A stretch of DNA of 64,000 nucleotides from an uncultured bacterium (GTDB lineage Bacteria; B130-G9). Both the position numbers and the translations under genes were made by a program. Shown in pieces: positions 15,463 to 23,917 of the stretch. The notes beneath the pieces were generated by a model. It ran no database searches and was not told the origin of the DNA. It saw nothing but the letters and a program-made list of their open reading frames with translations. How positions within the stretch are numbered: the stretch's first letter is position 1; each line of letters opens with the position of its first letter. The stretch spans positions 1 through 64,000 of the forward strand of contig CBDVDH010000001.1 of NCBI GenBank assembly GCA_965372715.1. The letters are read 5' to 3'.

Positions 15463-16214
15463 CTAGAAGCTCCTTTGCCAAGCGTCGAATGGATTATGCG
15501 TATCTTGATGAGGCCGATCGCCATCTTTAGCGGGTCGCTCATGACGCGGACCTTGGTCTCTCTGTCGTCAGCCCAGAAAACAGGGACCTCCGCAACCTTG
15601 AAGCCGAGCCTCTTGGCGATGAATAGCTGCTCCACGTCGAAGACGAAGCCGGGCATGACCTGCCGCGACGCGATAGCCTTCGCCGCCTCACGTGTGAACA
15701 TTTTGAAGCCGCACTGTGTGTCGCGAAAGCCCTTGACGACGATAAGCGACGTCAGCAAGCCAAAAAAAAGCCCCATGAGGCGCCGATAGAACGGCTGCGG
15801 CTCCACCTGTGAATCGGGCAGGCGTCTGGAGCCGATGGCCATGTCGTAGCCCTTGTCGAGCCACGAAGCGAGTTCGTCCGCCTGGCCAATGGGCGCGGAG
15901 AGGTCAACGTCCGTGAACAGGACTCGTTCGCCCCGAGCGATGTCCATGCCGCGAGCCACTGAGTAGCCTTTGCCCACGTTCTTGATGTTCGTAACCGCCT
16001 CAAATGACACCTTTCCGGAACGACCGGCAGTCGTCTCACCGAACTTCTTGGCAAGCGAGAACGTCCTGTCGGTGCTGCCGTCATCGACAACGATTATCTC
16101 GCTGGTGAATTCCTGAGATTCGAGATAGTCCAGCACCGAGTGCAGGCCCCTTGTGAGCCGTTTCTCCTCGTTATAGGCCGGAATCACTACGGAAAGACGC
16201 CGTCCCTTACTCAT
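15459..16214 (-). CDS. GT2 glycosyltransferase (dolichyl-phosphate beta-glucosyltransferase-like)
   Basis: SVVIPAYNEE, VVDDGSTD, GKGYSV, FTDVDLS, DTQCGFK, FDVE. Confidence 0.9.
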   Translation of the reverse strand: MSKGRRLSVVIPAYNEEKRLTRGLHSVLDYLESQEFTSEIIVVDDGSTDRTFSLAKKFGETTAGRSGKVSFEAVTNIKNVGKGYSVARGMDIARGERVLFTDVDLSAPIGQADELASWLDKGYDMAIGSRRLPDSQVEPQPFYRRLMGLFFGLLTSLIVVKGFRDTQCGFKMFTREAAKAIASRQVMPGFVFDVEQLFIAKRLGFKVAEVPVFWADDRETKVRVMSDPLKMAIGLIKIRIIHSTLGKGASR

Positions 16215-16224
16215 GTCGCTCTTG

Positions 16225-17742
16225 TCAGATCGTTACTACGTCGAAGCGCTCGGGATGCAGCGCGGAGTCTGCGTTTATGAGCACCCGCTTGTTGAACGTC
16301 TTCTCAAACTCGATGATTATGTCTTTGGATTTGGTTTGCAGCACGTTGGTGACAGACGGGTGCGCCCGGACGAGTATCTCTTTGTGAACCGAGAACTCCG
16401 CAACGCGGCGTATCTCGCGCTGGACCTCATAGCATATCGTTGCTCTGGACCTTATACGACCGGTGCCAGCGCAGAGAGGGCACTTCTCACAGAGCATTCT
16501 CTCGAGGCTCTCGCGAACTCGCTTGCGAGTCATCTCCACAAGGCCCAGGCTCGAAATCTCCGTGATCGTTGTCTTGCTGCGGTCTTTCTTCAACTCGTCA
16601 GCGAGCGCGGCAAGGACGTGTTCCTTGTTCTTTTCGCTTTCCATGTCAATGAAGTCGATGATGATAATGCCGCCCAGGTCGCGAACCCTGAGCTGCCTCG
16701 CCAGTTCTTTGGTCGCTTCCATGTTGATATTCAGCAACGTCTCCTCGAGGCTTTCCTTACCAACGTATTTGCCAGTATTTACATCGATCGAGACCAGCGC
16801 CTCGGTCTGGTCGATTACGAGGAACCCCCCCGAACGCAGCCAGACCTTGGGGCGCAGAGCTCGTTGTATCTCGCTTTCTATCCCGTATTCGTCGAAAATA
16901 GGCGTATCCTTGACGAAGAGCTTGACCCGATGAGCCATTCCCGGGAGCATATTGTCCATGTATTCCACACATCGTTGGTAGGCCTCCTCAGAATCGACGA
17001 CCACCCGCTCCACGTCTGGTGTGAAGAAGTCCCGAATCGTTCTCAGGATTGGGTCTGGTTCTTTGTAGATCAGGGTCGGCGCCGGAGCGGACTCGCTCCT
17101 CTTGTAGATCCGTTGCCAGAGCTTTACCAGGAATTCTATATCGGAGCGGAACTCCTCTTTTCCCTTGCCAATCGCGAGCGTGCGAACGATCAGCCCAATA
17201 CCGTCGGGCTTGAGCGCGCTGACAAGTTCCTTGAGCCGGTCCCGTTCTTCTTCGTCCTCAATTCGACGCGAGATACCTATATGAGGCATCGATGGTTGTA
17301 GAACGAGGAACCTCCCGGCCAGTGAGATGAATGATGAGGCGCGGGCGCCTTTGGCGCCAATAGGGTCTTTCGTGATCTGCACGACGATGGTCTGTCCGGG
17401 CACGAGAAGCTGCTCGATTGAGTGGTTGCTTTTGGGCTTTGTACGGAGCAGTTGCGCATTCGACGCCTCCTCGTCCGTGGGAGCCATCATCAGTCGCTCA
17501 TACTCATCCATCGTGTCATAGACATCCGCTACGTAAAGAAACACATCGCGCTCCAGACCAACATCCACGAAAGCCGCCTGCATCCCCGGTAGAACGCGGG
17601 TGACCCTACCCTTATAGACGTTGCCGACGAGCGTCATGTTCTCGCGCCGCGCAACGTAAAGCTCTACCAGCATGTCATTCTCCAAGATGCCGATACGAGT
17701 CTCGCCAGTCTCCTCGTTGATGATGATCTTCTTGCTCATCAC
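16225..17742 (-). CDS. rng: Rne/Rng-family ribonuclease (RNase G)
   Basis: GNVYKGRVTRVLPGMQAAFVD, KDPIGAKGA, IDVNTG, DLGGIIIIDFIDM, GLVEMTRKR, CPLCAGTG. Confidence 0.95.
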   Translation of the reverse strand: MMSKKIIINEETGETRIGILENDMLVELYVARRENMTLVGNVYKGRVTRVLPGMQAAFVDVGLERDVFLYVADVYDTMDEYERLMMAPTDEEASNAQLLRTKPKSNHSIEQLLVPGQTIVVQITKDPIGAKGARASSFISLAGRFLVLQPSMPHIGISRRIEDEEERDRLKELVSALKPDGIGLIVRTLAIGKGKEEFRSDIEFLVKLWQRIYKRSESAPAPTLIYKEPDPILRTIRDFFTPDVERVVVDSEEAYQRCVEYMDNMLPGMAHRVKLFVKDTPIFDEYGIESEIQRALRPKVWLRSGGFLVIDQTEALVSIDVNTGKYVGKESLEETLLNINMEATKELARQLRVRDLGGIIIIDFIDMESEKNKEHVLAALADELKKDRSKTTITEISSLGLVEMTRKRVRESLERMLCEKCPLCAGTGRIRSRATICYEVQREIRRVAEFSVHKEILVRAHPSVTNVLQTKSKDIIIEFEKTFNKRVLINADSALHPERFDVVTI

Positions 17743-20702
17743 TCCGCCCTCTCACTTTTGGCGCTGGCTCTGAGCTGCCTTATCCGGTCGATCCTCGCCT
17801 GAGCCTGCTTGCTCCAGAGCGACTGGGGATACTTCTCGACGATCTTCTCATATACCCTGATTGCCTCGTCAAGATCGCCCTTCGCCTCATAGCACTCGCC
17901 CACGTTCGCTCTCGCGCTTGCAACCCACGGAATTGTCTTTTCCTGAGTAAAGGTGTAGGATAGATCAAGGTATTTGAGAATCGCCTCGTCAAACCGCTTC
18001 TGCTCTTGAAGAGTGTGCGCAAACCAAAACTGCGCCTCGACTGTGTATCGAGCCTCGCAGCTGTCATCTGCGATCACGATACCAAGCGCAGAGCGGGCCA
18101 GCTGGAATCTGCCCATTTTGCGGAGGTCGTCACCAACTGCGATGAGCTCCTTACACATCCCCTTTTCACTCCCGTAGTCGATGACCATCGTCCTGTAATA
18201 CTCGAATGCGCGTTCCAGTTCCCCAAGCCGGCGATATGCTCCGCCAATTCTGAAGAGCAGCAAGGCCTCATCCTGACGCGCCTCGTGAACCGGATGGTTG
18301 AGTTTCTTGTAGTGTTCAACCGCATTCCTGGGCTTCTGCCGCTCATACCATATATTGCCCATCAGAGCGAGACTTTGCTGCCTGATGTGTGGGGTTGTGT
18401 TCTGATCCGAAAGAATCGGTGAAAGTGCGTCCTCGGCCGCTCCGAGCTTTTTTCTAGCCAAATACACTCGGGCAAGCAGGAGCCTGGAGCTGTAAAGGAG
18501 CTCATTGCCCGGATACGCTCTGATAAGCTTCTGAAGCAGGCGCGAGGCCGTCTTGAGCTTGCCCTCATCATAGGCCGCCTCCGCTCGCTTGTGAGTCCGC
18601 TCGATCTCCAAGAACGCGCCAGGCTCGTGCTCACGGAACTCTGCGATTGCGCTCACCGACTTCTTTGGCTCGCCCTGCTCAAGCAGGGCCTTGCGCAAGC
18701 CCTCCTCGCCGAGTGAAACGAACGGCCAATCGGGCTCCAGAGAAATCAGTTCGGAGAGATAGCCCGCGGTGTCCGCCGGTCTCTGCGCAGAGCCGCTGCA
18801 CCGCGAGGCCTCGACGTAGCAGAGCGAGGCAAACTCCGGCTCATCGTACTCGCGGGCTAGCGCCGAGAAGCATTCGCCCGCTTTTTTCGCGCTTCCACGC
18901 TCCTTTTTGATGTAGCAGTTCCAGAAATCGAGCATCCTTGAGAGCCCAGCGTCAAGCGCATAGGACTTACGGATGTCCGTGATGTAAGACCCGCATCTCC
19001 CGAACTGCCCGAGCGAGCGGTAACTCAAGAGCGTCCCAACAATCGTGTCCCAGTGCGGCGGCCTCCTGAGAAGCGCCTCGCGGGATGCATCCAGGCTCTT
19101 CAGCGCCTCCACGCTGCTCCCAATCGCCTGGAGTGAGAGTCCTCTGAGCATTAGCGCCTCACTCAGATAGCAGGACCTGGGGTAGCGCTTGAGGAAGTCC
19201 TCCGCGCTCGCCTCGCAGTTCTCAAACGCTTTGATTGCGTAAAACCCTCTGCAAAGCGCAATCTGCGCCCTTTCTGTAAGCTCAGGCGTTTGCGAGGCGC
19301 CGGACCGCAGCGAATTCAACAGCGGCAACGCCTCCATAGGTTGCCCGCAGTCAAGCAGCATCTCGGCACATTCGAGCGCGGCCTCCGCCGCAACGGGGCT
19401 TTCAGGGAACGAATGCGAGACTGACTTGTAGCGCTCGACAGCTTGGTCAAATGCCATCCGCATTCGGCTCGTTCTGGCGAGCATTAGGTGGCATTGCTCA
19501 ATGTGGGGGCCAAACGGGTCCTCCTCGATAAGCTCCCGAAAGAGCGTTTCTGCCCGGGCGAGCTGCTTGGCCTGAAGGAGATTGTGGGCGAGGCGGAACC
19601 GGCTCTCATATCGCCCCTCGCTCCCCATATTTAGGGCAAGCATTTCCTCGAGGGTCGATGCAGCCGTTAGATTATCGTCCTTCGCCTCGAGCCACGTTGC
19701 GACGAGCCGCAGTATGTCCAGCCTGTTTCTTGTGCTGATAGAACTCTTGTCCTCGAGAACTCCCCTGAGCCTGGAAATAGCCTGGTCGTAGTCGCCAAGC
19801 GCGGCGTCCTGGTACGCGTCAATAGCGCTCTTTGCAGGCTGGACGTCGGCTTCCTTCAAAGACTGGTGCTCGCCCAGCAGAGCAGCGGCACGCTGATAGT
19901 CCTTCTGCCTGTATGCTGACCAGATCATTCCGAGCGATGCCGAGGTCGCGTGCTCTGTATTTGGGAACTCCTGAAGGAGCGACGAGAAGAGCTCCTCAGC
20001 CTTCTTGAAGTCACTTGAAAGGTAATCTGTGACCGCGAGGTTGAACAGGGAACGGGCCCTTGTCGCGTCGTCCTTAGCCTTCTTGCTCAGCGTTTTGAAC
20101 GCCTTTCGGGCCCGATCAAGCTCCGATACAGCAAGGAGGGATTGCGCATAATGCTCATAAACCGGCGCCCCAAGCTGCTCGCTGAAGCCTTTTAGGAAAA
20201 GCTCGCCGTAGTACTCGATTGCCTCTTTGAAGCGGTACTGGATGAACAGAAGCTCGCCCAGCTTCGCGGTTGCCTCCTCGTGCTGCTTCTCACATTGGTT
20301 CTTCTCAAGCAAGTCCTTGAACGTCTCCTCGGCCATCGGATAGTGCCCCATCCGCCGCTGATTGGTTCCCAGAAGAACCATCGCCTCGCAGAGTCTTTCT
20401 CCGGACGGGAACTCGGCTACGTATTTGCGGAGGCAACGTGCAGCTTCCTTGTAGTTGCCCAGGTTGTCCTGGGCGCAGCCGTTGAGGAAAATAGCGTCGG
20501 CAACGAACTCGCCCGAGGGGTATTGCGACATGAGCTGCTCAAGCTGCTTCGCGGCCAGCTGGTATTCACCGTCCTCAAAGAGACGAAGCGCGAACTGATA
20601 CATCGACGCCTCGTCCCGCGAATACGCATACGTAGTCATCAGCGCAACTGCGAGGACGCATCCTAGTAGGCGAAAGATGCGCGCACTCGGAAGATTGCTC
20701 AT
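17739..20702 (-). CDS. Exported tetratricopeptide-repeat protein
   Basis: N-terminal signal peptide; many TPR_6-like repeats (A..Y..L...YP.S) over 987 aa. Confidence 0.85.
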   Translation of the reverse strand: MSNLPSARIFRLLGCVLAVALMTTYAYSRDEASMYQFALRLFEDGEYQLAAKQLEQLMSQYPSGEFVADAIFLNGCAQDNLGNYKEAARCLRKYVAEFPSGERLCEAMVLLGTNQRRMGHYPMAEETFKDLLEKNQCEKQHEEATAKLGELLFIQYRFKEAIEYYGELFLKGFSEQLGAPVYEHYAQSLLAVSELDRARKAFKTLSKKAKDDATRARSLFNLAVTDYLSSDFKKAEELFSSLLQEFPNTEHATSASLGMIWSAYRQKDYQRAAALLGEHQSLKEADVQPAKSAIDAYQDAALGDYDQAISRLRGVLEDKSSISTRNRLDILRLVATWLEAKDDNLTAASTLEEMLALNMGSEGRYESRFRLAHNLLQAKQLARAETLFRELIEEDPFGPHIEQCHLMLARTSRMRMAFDQAVERYKSVSHSFPESPVAAEAALECAEMLLDCGQPMEALPLLNSLRSGASQTPELTERAQIALCRGFYAIKAFENCEASAEDFLKRYPRSCYLSEALMLRGLSLQAIGSSVEALKSLDASREALLRRPPHWDTIVGTLLSYRSLGQFGRCGSYITDIRKSYALDAGLSRMLDFWNCYIKKERGSAKKAGECFSALAREYDEPEFASLCYVEASRCSGSAQRPADTAGYLSELISLEPDWPFVSLGEEGLRKALLEQGEPKKSVSAIAEFREHEPGAFLEIERTHKRAEAAYDEGKLKTASRLLQKLIRAYPGNELLYSSRLLLARVYLARKKLGAAEDALSPILSDQNTTPHIRQQSLALMGNIWYERQKPRNAVEHYKKLNHPVHEARQDEALLLFRIGGAYRRLGELERAFEYYRTMVIDYGSEKGMCKELIAVGDDLRKMGRFQLARSALGIVIADDSCEARYTVEAQFWFAHTLQEQKRFDEAILKYLDLSYTFTQEKTIPWVASARANVGECYEAKGDLDEAIRVYEKIVEKYPQSLWSKQAQARIDRIRQLRASAKSERAE

Positions 20703-20914
20703 TTACAGGCCGCCCATCGTGGATGTGCCCAGAATTGATTACTCGCTGTCTCCCGCAATCGGGTTCAATCGAGAGTTTATCAAGCTGTGGCCCTCAGTCA
20801 AGAAGAGGTGGTTTGCCGACGGAAACAGCTCAAGTTCGGTAGTCGAACGTCGAAAGTCACCGGTCGGGCCAGGTTTATCTTCGTCCAGAGGAGTCGTCGA
20901 GCCAAGCCGCGGAA

Positions 20915-21358
20915 CTAGACGGGCTTGACAACCAGGCGCTGCCCTCTGAGCGAGACCACCTCGACCTCGTCGCCCTGGGCTAGCTCCACGCCTCTTTCTG
21001 CTTCTGCGACCCACTTCTCTCCAGAGAAGTTGACGAGGCCCCGCTTTGTGCTCCCGTGGACGCTGATCACGACGATCCCCTGTCTCCCAATGAGCTCGTC
21101 CGGGTTGGCTCTAATTGTCTGTGTCTCCCTCAACGGCCGGAGACTCGCGAAGGCTAGCCTCTTGGATAAGAAGCAAAACAGAACCCCGAGAACCACCGCT
21201 GTGATAACCTGGGCGATAGGCGAGGCGCCCGCAAAGGCGATGATCATCACGATGAAAGCGTCAATCGCCAGCCAGAAAGTGATCTCGTATGGCAGAGTAA
21301 GCCCGAGAGCCAGTAGCAACACGCTCAAACCGAGCCAGAGATAGGGCAAAAAAGACAA
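20915..21358 (-). CDS. NfeD-family protein (short form)
   Basis: Hydrophobic N-terminus, then LIGRQGIV, GLVNFSGEKWVA, GDEVEVV..RGQRLVV. Confidence 0.85.
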   Translation of the reverse strand: MSFLPYLWLGLSVLLLALGLTLPYEITFWLAIDAFIVMIIAFAGASPIAQVITAVVLGVLFCFLSKRLAFASLRPLRETQTIRANPDELIGRQGIVVISVHGSTKRGLVNFSGEKWVAEAERGVELAQGDEVEVVSLRGQRLVVKPV

Positions 21359-21803
21359 TGTATCAGCCGCCTTTCACATATCGATTCAGCTTTTTGTGAT
21401 TCTGAAACCAGCAATCCCGTAACTCGGCGCCAGCCAAACGACGCAGCCCCGACGACAGTCTGTCATCCCGAGCAGCCCACCAAACCTGGCCGGGCGTTTT
21501 TCGAGAAATCCTTGCGCATGATCCGTCAAGCCCATCCTCGCGGCAGATGGCCCGCTTCTTTTAGCACGAGCCTCGTTGTTCTGTCAACGCAGATTCGGCG
21601 GGCTTCTGCAGAGGAAAAGGGCGAGTCCTCTCTCTTTCGCCGCGCGGCGAACTACGGCGGACAAGAAGGCGAAAGGGAAAGCAACTAGCTTGGATTCGAT
21701 TTGTTGCACCCGCTCGCCAACATCGTGTCTTTAGCTCGCTTGAGGCATTCACGGGGCCTTCTTGCTGCATACATAGGCGACGCGTCTTGCACCCGTTGCG
21801 TGA

Positions 21804-21978
21804 TTTGGAGTGCGGTGAGCTCTCACCGCTTTCACTCGCCGCGGCCTGACGCGGCATCTGATCCAATCAATGATTCCGCGTTCTGCAAATCACCCACCTG
21901 ACTGCTCATAACGCAGTCTTGAGAAGGCGGTGCCAGGTCACCGCTAAGAAAAGCGGCGTCAAGCCGCCGCACTCCAAA
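21804..21978. repeat. REP/MITE-like element with TTTGGAGTGCGG terminal inverted repeats, copy 1
   Basis: TTTGGAGTGCGG...CCGCACTCCAAA ends with internal hairpins; homologous to the reverse complement of 63433-63611 (shared CTCGCCGCGGCCTGACGCGGCATC). Confidence 0.8.
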
Positions 21979-22114
21979 ACGGCCCGTCTCTAAGCTCACG
22001 CCCTGCAATCTGATTTTTCGGGTTTGGGTGCCCGCCTGTTGACATAGTGCCGCCGTGTGGCAAGATTGGCCGCGTGAATTGACCCTCGGATGTAAGCTAA
22101 AGCAGGTGTTTGAG

Positions 22115-23467
22115 ATGGCGAAGAATCCCAAAGTATTGCTGATGACCGCAAAGACGGTTCGGCCCAAGTATCAATGCATGCCTCTCATCGGCGTGGCATA
22201 CATAGCGGCCTATCTGAGGGAGCGGGGCATAGACGTCGATATCCTGGACGCGACGGCGCTCGAGGTGAGCTACGAGGGCGTCGTCGAATACGTCTCCTAT
22301 CACGACTTCGATTTCGTCGGCGTTACTTCCATTGCTGCGACCCATCAGAGTGCTCTTCGCCACCTTCGGGAGATCAAGGAGGCGCATCCGGACATAGTTA
22401 CGATCATCGGCGGGCCACACGCGACTGCGCTCGACACGGAGCTCGTCAGGGAGCACGACTTTGTGGACTACCTCGTTCGCGGCGAGGGCGAGGTCACGGC
22501 GCATGAGCTCATTGACACCGTCTGGAAAGGCGGCGACGTGTCGCAAGTCAAAGGCGTTACCTACAGGAGAGATGGCGAGGTTGTCTCGACTCCTCCGAGA
22601 CCTTTCATAAAGGACCTCGACATCCTGCCGTATCCCGCGTTGGACCTCATGCCGCTTCACGAGTATTACTTCGAGATGAGGGGATTGGCGACGAAGAAGG
22701 ACCTGATATTGCCGTTTTGCGCAGGTAGGGGTTGCTTTAGCAACTGCGGCTTCTGCGCCTCAAAGATGATGTGGGGCGGGCCTAGGCTGCGGGTCGTTGA
22801 CAAGGTCATCGAGGAGCTCGTCTGGATGCGTGACAAATACGATATGAAGGTCCTCTTCTCGTATGACGACATCTTGAGTTCCAGTCGGAAGTGGCTAGTC
22901 GAGTTCTGCCAGAAGTTCGTTGATGCGGGGCTTAACGACATCCGTTGGTCTTGCGACGCGCGGGCGGACACGTTGAATGACGAGATGCTCAAGTGGCTGA
23001 AACGGGCCAACTGCGCCTACGTCCTGCTGGGACTGGAGTTCGGGACGCAGCGCCTGTTGGACTTCTCCAACAAGAAGCTGAACCTGTCAAAGGTCAAAGA
23101 AGCCATCAAGATGATAAGAAGGCATGGCATCAATTCCTGTGGTTCGTTCATAATTGGCTACCCCACCGAGACCAGGGAGGAGATACTCCAGACAGGCAAG
23201 TTCGGAAGGAGCCTCAACCTGGACGCCGTGCTGACGAACCTTGCAGTGCCATACCCCGGCACGAAGATGTATGATTACTGTGTCGAGCACGACCTTTTGC
23301 TCGGCAACCTCAACGACGAGGCGTATGGGTCGCCCCTGGTCCCGATGGTCAAGCTCGACGGGATAAGCCCTGAGGAGACTGTCGAGCTGCTGGGCAAGGT
23401 TCACCGGACCATAAAGTTCTCCCCGCGATACGTCCTCAACAAAATCCGCAACCGGCTGACGACCTGA
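22115..23467 (+). CDS. Cobalamin-binding radical SAM protein
   Basis: PLIGVAYIAAYL, IIGGPHAT, VRGEGE, GRGCFSNCGFC (CxxxCxxC), FIIGYPTET, PYPGT. Confidence 0.92.
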   Translation: MAKNPKVLLMTAKTVRPKYQCMPLIGVAYIAAYLRERGIDVDILDATALEVSYEGVVEYVSYHDFDFVGVTSIAATHQSALRHLREIKEAHPDIVTIIGGPHATALDTELVREHDFVDYLVRGEGEVTAHELIDTVWKGGDVSQVKGVTYRRDGEVVSTPPRPFIKDLDILPYPALDLMPLHEYYFEMRGLATKKDLILPFCAGRGCFSNCGFCASKMMWGGPRLRVVDKVIEELVWMRDKYDMKVLFSYDDILSSSRKWLVEFCQKFVDAGLNDIRWSCDARADTLNDEMLKWLKRANCAYVLLGLEFGTQRLLDFSNKKLNLSKVKEAIKMIRRHGINSCGSFIIGYPTETREEILQTGKFGRSLNLDAVLTNLAVPYPGTKMYDYCVEHDLLLGNLNDEAYGSPLVPMVKLDGISPEETVELLGKVHRTIKFSPRYVLNKIRNRLTT

Positions 23468-23510
23468 TCCCCGGGTCAGCCGGAAAGGGCTCTTGCGCGA
23501 CATGGAAGTG

Positions 23511-23657
23511 TCCACAGATTACGCAGATTTCACAGATTAGGCGCGAGATACCAAAGAGGGCACAATGCGTTGCTGCGGCAACTCAGCTTCCAACGGCTGT
23601 TACGCTCTGCTTGCATTTTGGACTTGCCCAATCTGCGTAATCTGCGTAATCTGTGGA
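23511..23657. repeat. Inverted nonamer repeat arms (CAGATT family)
   Basis: tccacagattacgcagatttcacagatt (23511-23538) pairs with aatctgcgtaatctgcgtaatctgtgga (23630-23657). Confidence 0.8.
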
Positions 23658-23674
23658 CAGAAGAGGAGATCAGC

Positions 23675-23767
23675 ATGATGTGGAAAGTCGCTACTGTGCA
23701 CGTCCCGAGGTTAATCAAAGCGCTTGAGCCGTTGGTCCCGTCGCCCCCGCCGGAGGAATCAACCTGA
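23675..23767 (+). pseudogene. Possible C-terminal remnant of a HepT/DUF86 (HEPN) toxin
   Basis: MMWKVATVHVPRLIKALEPLVP resembles the IVW......IP.LI..LEPLVP ending of DUF86 proteins; the rest of the gene is absent. Confidence 0.45.
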
Positions 23768-23815
23768 GCCCGGCCGCGCTCGGAAGGTTGACCCTATCAT
23801 CTCGGCCCGAGAGCG

Positions 23816-23845
23816 TTGACACGCTCTCCGTCGGAACGGTATAGT
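23816..23845 (+). promoter_or_regulatory. Sigma70-like promoter
   Basis: TTGACA-N18-TATAGT about 70 nt upstream of the 23918 start (AAGGAG RBS). Confidence 0.6.
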
Positions 23846-23917
23846 GAGGCGGCTTGTTTCATTTGTGTACCGGTCGGTGATCTAGCAAGAGCCTTGTGTT
23901 GAACTAAGGAGAATAAG

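Noticed and set aside
14761-15789. 342-aa plus-strand ORF
   Set aside because: Antisense to manC and the GT2 gene
16213-17301. 362-aa plus-strand ORF
   Set aside because: Antisense shadow of rng with no recognisable motifs
16225-17742. RNase G as the guide-processing partner of the cas-like operon
   Set aside because: It belongs to a separate convergent housekeeping operon; proximity alone is not evidence
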